Part shown: positions 13,492 to 26,204 of the stretch, in pieces | Layout: every line of letters starts with the position of its first letter | Numbering within the stretch: the first letter of the stretch is position 1 | Source of the DNA: the human T2T-CHM13v2.0 reference genome, Homo sapiens | Strand: one strand, 5' to 3' | DNA length: 64,000 nucleotides | Assembly (NCBI RefSeq): GCF_009914755.1 | Contig: NC_060929.1 | Notes under the pieces: generated by a model | What the model was told of the DNA's origin: nothing | Database searches by the model: none | What the model saw: only the letters and a program-made list of their open reading frames with translations | Made by a program: the position numbers and the translations under genes

Positions 13492-14082
13492 TGTAAAAAG
13501 TAAAGTAGAGGTTCCTCTTCAAAGAGACTCTCCTCTCCGTCTAATTAGGAATAAATAGTAACTTCTCTTAGAAGCAAAATTTATTCAAAGACCTGTGCTA
13601 ACATTCTTAAATATCTGCTAGCCATAATAAAGAAATCCATGTACTTTATGTTCTTAGCTCCCACAGTTTAGCCTAAATATTTGCCCTGGCATGCTTATAC
13701 TGGTCCAAGAGGGCATTAGGTCATAGCTTGTTCCTCTTCCTTATTTAGAGGTGCTTTTCCCTTTCTCAGCATTCCACAAGTTACTTCCTCCTTCTTTTGT
13801 TCTCCTCTGCCTTTGCCTGTTTTAAAAAGTTCTAAGTTGCTAGCCAATCGGGACAAACATAGAATGTGAGGTCCCGTTCCAGCCAATGGAAACTGGACAC
13901 AGCAGTAGGGTGGACGCATCAGGTTATAAATGACCCTGTCTCCTTTGTTCGGTGTACTGTCATGGCAAAACTGCTGGTGAGTGTACCCTTTCTGCAGAAA
14001 GTAAAAATGGCCTTGCTGAGGAAATTAAATTTATGTTCAAGTGCTATTTCTTTACAGCACCGGGGAACAAGCATTTCTAACA
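13492..14082 (+). mobile_element. Solo LTR10C-type LTR (HERV-I/ERV1), 591 bp
   Basis: TG...CA termini (tgtaaaaagtaaagtagagg...gcatttctaaca); near-TSD tcca/ccca; two CCAAT boxes (13844, 13883), TATAAA (13925), ATTAAA (14024); interrupts collinear L1 ORF2 sequence. Confidence 0.85.
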
Positions 14083-16822
14083 CCCAGAAAGATCTTACAT
14101 AAACAGATATTTGATTGATGACAAAAGGGGTACTACAGAGCAGCGGGGAAAATAATGGTTTTCAATACATTATCCTGAGTCAATTAAAAGCCCTTAACAA
14201 AATGGATCTAGACTCTTATATCATACCATACATACAAATAAATTCCAGTAAAGCTTCTATCAGATTGTAGAAGGGAATTTCTTCATGACCTTCAAGTAGA
14301 ACAAATTTTAGATAGGACACAAAAAGATTTCTTACCACAAAGGAAAGAAAGATAATTTGAACCACCTTCAAATTAGGACTTCTTTTTTTTTCATCAGAAG
14401 ATCTTGTGAAAGCGCGAAAAGACAAATCTACAATGGCAAAGATGATTTTAATAAATATAACTGAAAGGCTGGAGTTTTGTATGTGTGTGTGTATTTATAT
14501 ATCTCTATCTCTCTATATATCCCCTACAAATCAGTAAGAAAAATGCACAAGAAAGCTAAGAAAATTGCACAAGATACTTAACATATAATTTACAAAATAA
14601 AACATTCAAAAGGCTTATGAAAAGGTGCTTAAATTTATTAGTAATTAGGGAAAATACAAAATAAGGCCAAGATGAGATACAACAGAAAGGCTTAAAAATA
14701 ATGGATATTACCATGTTGTCAAAAATTTGAGAACAAGAATGTTCATACATTGCTGGTGAGAATGTAAACTGGTACAACCACTTTGGAAAAGTTTGACATT
14801 GTCTACCAAAGTTGAACATATGGCAGATTTCTGGTTCCTGCTTCTGCATGAGCTTGGAAGTTTCCACTCTGTCCTAACAACAAATAAAAATCTAAACAGA
14901 CTAAAAAATCAACAACTCTTCTTGGGCCTCTAAGAGAGGTGAGGGCACACTACTAACCCCAAGATTGGAGAGACAGGTAAATACAGGGAATCAGGGCTTA
15001 CTAGAGCAGAGACTCAAGAGTGGAAACAGTGCTGGGGTTGGAAGACCTGAACAGTAATTGATGAATTGCAGGAAGCTCAGTATAGGCAGCTCTGATAGTT
15101 AAAAACTTCAGGAGGACCCAGTTATAGGAAGATCCCCACACTTTTGTGAATTTTATTTCCTGGAGTCAAACCAGGTTCTCAGAGTAAATATCAGAGTAAA
15201 GCTCCTCATGCTTCCAACAGGAAGAGGGGAGGAGTCATTTTAAAATATGCCAGTGCACTCTGTTTTTAACAAAGGCTGCCCTCAGGGGAATCTATTTAAC
15301 TAGCCCCTAACTGCTGGAGTTTTATCAGAGGCTAAGTGACCTGAGGAAAGGGAAGTACCCAATTCCAGTGCCCTCTAGCCTTCTACTGGGAAAAGGGAAA
15401 TACCTAACTCCAACCTCTCCCACCCTCAGCTATTACATGCCACCTAACAGGATTGAAAAATCTGAGAATCACTTACAAAGTTCACAGTCCAGAGGCAGAG
15501 GCTCACGGGAAGACTGAGACCTCATCAGGGAATACCATGAACAATTCTACATCCACAAGATTGATAACCTAGAAGAAATGGAACAATTTTATGAAAGACA
15601 CAGTCTGCCAAAACTCACACAAAAAGAAATAGACAATTTGAATAGGCTTATCTATTTAAAAAATTGAATTGTAATGAATAACTTTCCAAAACAGAAAACA
15701 CCAGGCCCAGATGAATTCACTGGTGAATTCTACCAAGCATTTAAAGAAGAAATTATACTAAATCTCTGTAATCTCTTTTAGAATATAGAGGCAGAGGGAA
15801 TGCTTCCTAACTCATTCTATGATGCCAGCATTACCCTAACACCAAAACCAGATGAGATCATTATAAGGAAAGAAAACTAAAACCCAATAGTTCATGAACA
15901 TAGGTGCAAAAATCCTCAATGAAATATCAGCAAATTGGATATAACAATGCGTAAAAAGAATTATACACCATTATCAGGTAGGATTTTTTTCCCAGATATG
16001 CAAGGCTTGTTCAGCATTCAAAAATGAATTTATATAATCAATTACATCAACAGGCTAAAAAAGGAAAATTCCACAATTAATAAATACAGAAAAAACATCT
16101 GACAAAACCCATTCATGACACAGATAATTCTCAGTAAATTAGAAATAGTGGGGAATTCCTCAACTTGATAAAGAATATCTACAAAAATCCTACAGCTAAC
16201 ATCACACTTAATGGTGAGGAATTAGAAATTCTCCCACTGCCATCAGGAACACGGCAAAGATACCCCCACTTACCACTTATTTTCAACATTGTACTGGAAG
16301 TCCTATCTAATGTAATAAGACAAGGAAAGGAAATAAAAGATATAAGATTGAAAAGGAAAAATAAAGCTGTCTTTGTTCATAGATGACATGGTTGTCTATG
16401 TAGAAAATCTGGAAAAAATTGACAAAAAACACTCCTGGAACTAATACGTGATTATAGCAATATTGCAGGATAAAAGATTAATACACAATAAACAATTGCT
16501 TTTCTATATATCAGCAATGAACAAGTGGAATTTGAAATTAAAATCAATACTATTTATATTAGCACTTTAAAAATAAATACTTCAGTATAAACCTAACAAA
16601 TTATGTGTAATATCTACCTGAGAAAAACTACAAAACTCTATGGAAAGAAATCAAAGAAGAACTAAATGAAAGGAGAGCTATTTCATGTTCATGGGTGGGA
16701 AGACACAATATTGTCAAGATGTCAGTTCTTGCCAACTTGATCTATAGATTCAACACAATCCCAATCAAAATCAAGCATGTTACTTTGTGAATATTGACAA
16801 ACTGAATCTAAAGTTTATATAG

Positions 16823-17204
<382 letters not shown>

Positions 17205-19616
17205 CTGACTTCAACACTTTCCATAAAGTTGCAGCAATCATAACAGTGTGACATTAGCCAAGAATATGCACATAGATCAATGGGACAGAATAGATGGACC
17301 AGAAATAGACCCACATGAATATAGTCAACTCTTCTCTGACAAGGGCACAAAGGCAATACTGGAGCAAAGATAGACTTTTCAATAAATGTTGCTGGAACAA
17401 TTGGATATCTACATGCAAAAATAAATAAATAAATCCAGGTTAAGACCATATACCCTTTACAAAAATTACCTCAAAATGGAACACAGACTTATATGTAAAT
17501 GCAAAACTTCTAGAAGATAACATAGGAGAAAACCTAGGTGATCTTGGGTATGGTGGTGACTTTTTAGATATAAAACCAAGGCATAATTCATGAAAGTAAA
17601 CCAGCAATAAGCTGGACTTCATTTAAAATTAACTTCTGCTTTGTGAAAGACAATGTCAGGAGAATGAGAAGACAAGTCACAGATGGGAAGAAAATATTTG
17701 CAAATGATACATCTGTTAAAGCACTGTTGTCCAAAGTATATAAAGAACTCTTAAAACTCAACAATAAGAAAACAAGCAATAAGAAACCATATTGGCCATG
17801 TGGATAACTTCTTTGGTAAGGTGTCTTTTAAGGATAAAGATCTTAAAAGGATAAAGGATAAAGACCTTTTAAGGATAAAGACCTTAAAAGACACCTTGCC
17901 AAAGAAGTTATCCACATGGCAAATAAACATATTAATAAATGCTCCAAATAATGTGTTATAAAGGGGATGCCAATTAAAATAATAATGAGTTTTGAGGGGA
18001 GCCAAGATGGCTGACTAGATGCAGTTGGGAAGAGCATCTGCCACTGAAAGACCTGACCATTAAGAAGACCATCCCCCTCCAAGCACATCTTCTGAAGGAG
18101 GGCATTGAGAGTGGGTAGAGAGAGAATGCAGACCCCAGGCTGGAGGGGGAGGAAGCTGGGAACCCTGAACAGGACTCCTGAGTGCCAGGACTCATTCCCA
18201 TCCCCCAGCAACTCCTGAAGAAGGGGTGAGTTAAATAGGAGAGGAGAGGCCCACTCTCACTACAGACCTCCAGAATCCCAGCGGCAGGAGACCCCATGAC
18301 CCCCATGGACATTTGAGCTGGCAGAGCGAGCTGCTTAGAGAAGTGGCAGGGACATGACTCCAGCCTGTGTAGCATCCAGAGGGCTTGATGTCATAACAGC
18401 TTCAGTGGAGCAAGGCCAGAGATGCCCATTCCCCAAGGCTCACCACACTCCTTTAGGTAAGTCTGCCCTTCGTTAACTGTTGGACATGGACAGAGAAGGG
18501 CTGTCTTGCCCAACAGATGTGACCAGGTTAATCTGAGTGCCCTGTTTTCCCCAGCCTCTTCCAGGGTCCCTCACTAGCCATGCTCATTTGCAGTACAGAT
18601 TTGGATGCCTAACTGGGGTACTTCCTGGTGGTTGCTGACATAGCTTCTTCACTGGTAGACCCTGCCTAACCATTGGAGAGATATAGCAGATGGGTTCTTG
18701 CTGATGTGTACCCACCAGCAGCCTCCCTCCACCATTTTACTGATGAGCCCCACTTGCAGCATCTCCTCACTGCTTTGCTGGTATATGGATGCATGGAGAC
18801 CTCACTACCCTGCTGCTGGCAGCACATGCATGTGTGTGTGTGTGTTTGGACCCTACCATACTGCCTCCTAGCCACTATTGGTGTGTGTGCATGAATGCAG
18901 ACCCCACTGCCACCACCCCACCAAAGCACTTTTGCTAGCAACCCCTTCAAAGTGTTGCTGCCAGAGACTGGGAACATGTTGGCTCTTCCAGCACAGCAGG
19001 TGCTTTAATCTCAAGGGGCCACAGAATAAAGCAGTGGGCTTGGGTCCAGCCCCCTAGGGTTACAGCATGCAGTGCTGAGGTGAGCCAGAGCCCCCGGAAA
19101 TCATTCAGAAACAAAGCCAGTTGACTGAACCCAACTTATACCACAGTCAAACCCTCAAGGGCATCAAATGTGAAGGCAAAAAGCCCCACCCAAAAGACAG
19201 CAACTTCAAAGAGTAAAAGAACATCAGCCCACACAAATGAGACAGAACCAGTGCAAGAACTCTGACAACTCAAAAAGCCAGAATGTTTTCTAACCACCAG
19301 ATGACTGCATTAGTTCCTCAGCAATGGTTCTTAACCAGGCTGATGTAGTTGAAATGACAGACTTAGAATTCAGAATCTGGATGACAATGAAGATCATCAA
19401 GATTCAGGAGAAAGTTGAAATCCAATCCAAGGAATCTAAGGAATCCAGTGAAATGATACAAGAGATGAAAGATGAAATGACCATTTTAAGAAGGAAGAAA
19501 ACTGATGTGATAGAGCTGAAAAACTCACTACAAAAATTTATACTACAGTTGAAAATGTTAACAACGGAATAGAACAAGCTGAGGAAAGAATCTCAGAGCT
19601 TGAAGACTGGTTCTTT

Positions 19617-19903
19617 TTTTTTTTGAGGCAGAGTCTCACTCTGTCGCCAGGCTGGAGTGCAGTGGCATGGTCTTGGCTCACTGCAACCTCCGCCTCCTGG
19701 GTTCAAGCAGTTCTCTGCCCCAGCCTCCCAAGTAGCTGGGATTACAGGCATCCGCCACCACGCCCAGCTAATTTTTTGTATTTTTAGTAGAGACGGGGTT
19801 TCACCGTGTTAGCCAGGATGGTCTCGATCTCCTGACCTCATGATCCGCCCACCTCAGCCTCCCAAAGTGCTGGGATTACAGGTGTGAGCCACTGCGCCCG
19901 GCC
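19617..19903 (-). mobile_element. AluSc
   Basis: Sc-type 'ctgtcgccaggc' and 'tgacctcatgatcc'; 16-bp TSD tgaagactggttcttt (19601-19616 and 19904-19919). Confidence 0.92.
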
Positions 19904-20049
19904 TGAAGACTGGTTCTTTGAATCAACTGAATCAGACAAAAATAAAGAAAAAAGAATAAAAAAAATCAACAAAACCTATGAGAAATATGAGATTATCTGA
20001 AGAGACCAAATCTATGACTTATTGGCATCCATGAAAGAGAGGGAGAGAG

Positions 20050-20370
<321 letters not shown>

Positions 20371-22073
20371 TTAGAAGACGTTTTTGAAGATACTGTCCCT
20401 GAAAACTTCTCCAACCTTGCTAGAGAGGTCAACATTCAAATTCAGAAAATTCAGAGAGCTCCACTGAGATACTGTACGAGATAACTATCCACAAGACATA
20501 TAGTTATCTGATTTTTCAAGCTCAATGCAAAAGAAAAGAAATGAAAGGCAAGTAGTGAGAAGGGGAAGGTTATTTGCAAAGGGAACCCCATCAGGCAAAT
20601 AGCAGACCTGTCAGCAGAAACCCTGCAAGCCAGAAGAGATTGGGGGCCTATATTCAGCATCCTTAAAGAAAAGAAATTCCAACCAAGAATTTTATATCTG
20701 GTCAAACTAAACTTCATAAGCAAATAAGAAATAAAATCCTTTCCAGACAAGCAAATGCTAAGGGAATTTGTAACCACCAGACCTGCCTTACAAGAGTTCC
20801 TTAAGGAAGGGCTAAAAATGGAAAGAAAACACCATCATCAGCCATCACAAAAACAGACTTAAGTACATAGACCATTGACACTATAAAGCAACTACACAAT
20901 AAAGTCTAAATAACAACCACCTAACAATGTGATGACAGGATCAAATCCACACATATCAGTACTGACCTTGAATGTAAATAGGCTAAGTGCTCCACTTAAA
21001 AGGTGCAGAGTGGCAAGCACAATAAAGAAGCAAAACCCAATCGAATGCTGTCTTGAGGAAACCTATTTCACATGCAATGACACCCATAGGCTCAAAGAAA
21101 AGGAATGAAGAAAAATGTATTCTAATTTCAGATAAACCAGACTTCATACCAAGAATGATCAAAACGCACAAAGAAGAGCGCTACATAATGATAAAGGGTT
21201 CAGCTCAACAAAAAAACTTAACTATCCTAAATATTTATGGACCTAATATTGGAACACCCAGATTCATAAAACAAGTTCTTAGAGACCTATGAAGAAACTT
21301 TGACAACCACATTATAATAATGGGAAACTTGAACACTCTACTGACAGTATGACAGATCATCAAGGCAGAAAACTATCAAAAATATTTGGGACCTAAACTT
21401 GACACTTGACCAAATGGACCTAACGGCCATTTACAGTACTCTCCACCTAACAACAAGAGAAAATATATTCTTCTCATCTGCACATAGCACATACTCTAAA
21501 ATCGACTACCTGCTCAGTCATAAAGCAATTCTCAATAAATTAAAAAAACCCACAAAATTATGCCAACCACACTCTTGCACCACTGAGTAATAAGAATAGA
21601 AATCAATACTAGAAGGTTTCTCAAAATCATACAATTTACATGGAAATTAAACAATCTGCTCCTGAATGACTTTTGGTTAAACAGTGAAATTAAGGCAGAA
21701 ATCAAGTAATTCTTTGAAACTAATGAAAACAAAGATACAACATACCAAAATCTCTGGGACACAGCTAATGCTGTGTTAAAAGGAAACTATAGTACTAAAT
21801 ACCCACATCAAAAAGTTAGAAAACTCACAAATTAGCAACCCAACATCACACCTAGAGGAATTAGAAAAACAAGAGCAAACCAACCCTGAAGTTATAAGAA
21901 GAAAAGAAATAACCAAAATCAGAGCTAAACTGAACAAAATCGATGTGAAACACCATACAAGAGAAACAGAACTAAAAGTTGGTTCTTTGACAGAATAATT
22001 AAGATTAATAGACTGATAGTTAGATTAATGAAGAAAAAAAGAATAAATAAATGCAATCAAAAGTGACAAAGGG

Positions 22074-22364
22074 TGTCTTTATAGCAGCATGATTTATAAT
22101 CCTTTGGGTATATACTCAGTAATGGGATGGCTGGGTCGAACGGTATTTATAGTTCTAGAACACATGGACACAGGAAGGGGAACATCACACACCAGAGACT
22201 GTTGTGGGGTGAGGGGAGTGGGGAGGGATAGCATTAGGAGATATACCTAATGCTAAATGACGAGTTAATTGGTGCAGCACACCAATATGGCACATGTATG
22301 CATATGTAACAAACCTGCATGTTGTGCACATGTATCCTAAAACTTAAAGTATAATAAAAAAAAA
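22074..22364 (+). mobile_element. Short L1PA4-like insertion with 5' inversion
   Basis: 22074-22159 is antisense L1 ORF2-end sequence; 22157-22364 is sense 3' UTR plus poly(A); 15-bp TSD aaaagtgacaaaggg (22059-22073 and 22365-22379). Confidence 0.9.
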
Positions 22365-22645
22365 AAAAGTGACAAAGGGAATGTTACCACTTACCCCAGA
22401 GAAATACAAAGAACCCTCAGAAAGTATTACATCTCTATGCACACAAAGTAGAAAACCTACAAGAAATGGATGTTCCTGGAAACATGCAACCTCCCAAGAT
22501 TTAAACAGGAAGAAATTGAAATCCTGGACATACCAATAACAAGTTTTGAAATTGAATCAGTAATAAAAAGCCTACCAACCAGAAAAAGGCCAGGACCAGA
22601 TGGATTCACAGCCAAATTCTACTAGGCATATAAAGAGCTGGTATG

Positions 22646-22888
22646 TGCATGTTCTAACTTATAAGTGGGAGTTAAATGATGAGAGCACACAGACACAAAG
22701 AGGAGAAAAACAGACACTGGGGACTACCTGAGGGTGAAGGGTGGGAGGAGAGAGAAGATCAGAAAAAGTAACTATTGGATACCAGGCCTAGTACTTGGAT
22801 GATGAAATAATTTGTATATCAAATCCCTGTGACATGAGTTTACAAGCTTGCACATGTACTCCTGAAACTAAAATTAAAGTTAAAAGAA
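22646..22888 (+). mobile_element. L1PA13-15/L1PREC2-like 3' UTR fragment
   Basis: L1 3' UTR sitting inside L1PA16 ORF2; TSD aaaga(g/a)ctggtatg (22632-22645 and 22889-22902). Confidence 0.85.
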
Positions 22889-24916
22889 AAAGAACTGGTA
22901 TGAATCTTACTTAAACTATTCCAAATTTGAGGAGGAGGGACTCCTCCCTAACTTATCCTAAGAGGCTAGCATCATTTTGACACCAAAACCTGGCTGAGAC
23001 ACAATGAAGAAAGAAAATTTTAGGCCAATATCCCTGATGAACTTAGATGCAGAAATCCTCAACAAAATACTAGCTAGCTGAATCCTGCAGCACATGAAAA
23101 AGCTAATCCATCATGATCAAGCAGGCTTTATTCCTGGGATGCAAGTTTGGTTCAATATAAGCAAATCAAGACACGCAATTTACCACATAAATAGAACTAA
23201 AAACAAAAACCACATGGTCATTTCAGCAGACACAGGAAAGGCTTCTGAAAAAAATTTAACATCGCTTTATGATAAAAACCCTTAACAAACCAGGCATCAA
23301 AGGAACATACCAAAAAATAATGAGAGCAATCCATGACAAAACCACAGCCAACATCATGCTGAATAGGCAAAAGCTGAAAGCATTCTCTTTGAGAACTGGA
23401 ACAAGATGAGGAAGCCCACTCTCACCATTCCTATTCAACATAGTACTGGAAGTCCTAGCCAGAGCAATCAGGCAAGAGAAAGAAATAAAATACATCCAAA
23501 TAGAAAGAAAGGAAATCAAATTATCTCTCTTTGCAGACAATATGATTTTTTACCTAGAAAACCCTACAGTCTATGCCCAAAGGCTCCTAGAACTAATAAA
23601 CAACTTCAGCAAAGTTTCAGGATACAACATCAATGAATAAAAATCAGTAGCATTTCCATATTCTAATAATGTCTAAGCTGAGAGCCAAATCAAGAACACA
23701 ATTCCATTCACAATAGACACAAAGAAAAAATAAACCTAGGAATACAGCTGACCAGGGAAGTGAAAGATTTCTAAAATGAGAATTATGAAACACTGCTCAA
23801 AGAAATCAGAGATGACAGAAATGAAAAAACATTTTATGCTCATGGATAGGAAGAATCAATATTGTTAAAATGGCTATACTACCCAAAGCAACTTATAGAT
23901 TCAATGCTATTCCTGTCAAACTGCCATCAACATTTTTCACAGAATTAGAAAAAACTATTCTAAAATTCGTATGAAACCAAAAAAGAATGCAAAGAGTCAA
24001 AGCAATCCTAAGCCAAAAGAATAAAGCCAGGGGCATCATACTACCTGACATCAAACTATATTACACAGATGCAATAACAGAAACAGCGTGGTACTGGTAC
24101 AAAAACAGACTTACAGACCAGTGGAACAAGTTTGAGAACTCAGCAATATGGTCACACACCTACAACCATTTGATCTTTGACAAAGTCGACAGAAACAAGC
24201 AATGGTAAAAGGACTCTCTATTCAATAAATGGTGGTCGGAGAATTGGCTAGCCATATGTGGAGGATTAAACTGGACCCCTTCCTTGTATCATATACAAAA
24301 TAAACTCAAGATGGATTAGACTTAAATGTAAAATCTAAAACTATAAAAACCCTAGAAGAAAACCTAGGAAATGCCATCCTGGACATAGGCCCTGGCAAAG
24401 ATTTTATGATGAAGACCCCTAAAATAATGGCAACAAAAACAAAAATTGACAAGTGGGACCTAACTAAACTAAAGAGCTTCTGCATGGCAAAAGTAATTGT
24501 CAACAGAGTAAACAGACAACCTACAAAATGGGAGAAAATATTAGCAAACTATGCATCCAACAAAGGTCAAATATCTAGAATCTATAAGGAACTTAAATTA
24601 ACAAGCAAAGACCAAACAACTCTATTAAAAATGGGCAAAAGACATGAACAGACACTTCTGAATAGAAGCATACATATGGGCAGCAAGCATATAAAAAGAT
24701 GCTTAACATTAGTAATCATTAAAGGAATGCAAATCAAAACCATAATGAGATACCATCTCATTCCAGTCAGAATGGCTAGTATTAAAAAATAAAAAAAATA
24801 ACAGATCCTGGCAAGGCTGCAGAGAAAAGGGAATGTTTATACATCACTAGTGGGAATGTAAATTAGTTCAATCACTGTGGAAAGCAGTTTGGAGATTTCT
24901 CAAAGAACTTAAAACA

Positions 24917-25229
<313 letters not shown>

Positions 25230-26204
25230 TTAAAACAGAATTACTGTCCAACCCAGAAATCTTGTTACTGGGTATATACCCAAAGGAGTATAAATTGTTC
25301 TACCATAAAGACATGTGCACACGTATGTTCATCGCAGCAATATTCGCAGTAGCAAAGACATGGAATCAATCTAGATGCCCGTCAAAAGTGGACTGGATAA
25401 AGAAAACGTGGTACACATACACCATGGAATACTATGCAGCCATAAAAAGAATGAGACCATGTTCTTTGCAGCAAGGTGAGTGGAGCTGGAGGTTATTATC
25501 GTAAGTTAATTAACATAGAATCAGAAAACCAAATACTGTATGTTCTCATTTATAAGAGGGAACTAAACATTGAGTACACACGGACACAAAGAAGGGAATA
25601 ATAGACACAAGGGCCTACTTGAGGGTAGAGGATGGAAGGAGGGTGAGGACTGAAAAACTACCTATTGGCCACTATGCTCATTACCTGGGTGATGAAATAA
25701 TCTGTATACCAACCCCCTGTGACAATTTCCCCATGTAACAAACCTGCACATGTTCCCCTGAACCTAAAATAAAAGTTGGAAAGAAAAAAATAACAATGAG
25801 ATACCACTATATGCGTATTAGAATGGCCCAAGTCCAGAACACTGACAATACTAAATCCCAGTGAGGATATGGAGCAGTAGAACTCTTCATTGTTGCTGGG
25901 AATGAAAATGGCACATCCACCTGGAAAGACAGTTTGGCAGTTTCTTGCAAAACTAAACATACTCTTACCACACAATCCAGTAATTGTGCTCCTTCACGTT
26001 TACCCAAAGGAGTTGAAAACCTGTGTTCACACAGAAACCTGCACACAGATGTTTATATCAGCTTTATTTGTCATTGCTAGAACTTGGTAGCAACGAAGAT
26101 ATGCTTCAGTGAGTGATGGATAAACAAACTGTGGTACATTTAGATAATGAAATATTATTCTGTGCTACAAGTAAGGGTGCTATCAAGCCATGAAAAGATA
26201 GAGA

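Larger units (their letters stand above)
9850..14820 (+). mobile_element. Old L1M (L1ME-like) fragments, interrupted by younger insertions
   Basis: Decayed ORF2-like DNA ('ccatgttcatagattgaaagactaaatattggtaagat', 'gttcatacattgctggtgagaatgtaaactggtacaaccactttgg'), split by an antisense L1 3' end and by LTR10C. Boundaries approximate. Confidence 0.7.
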
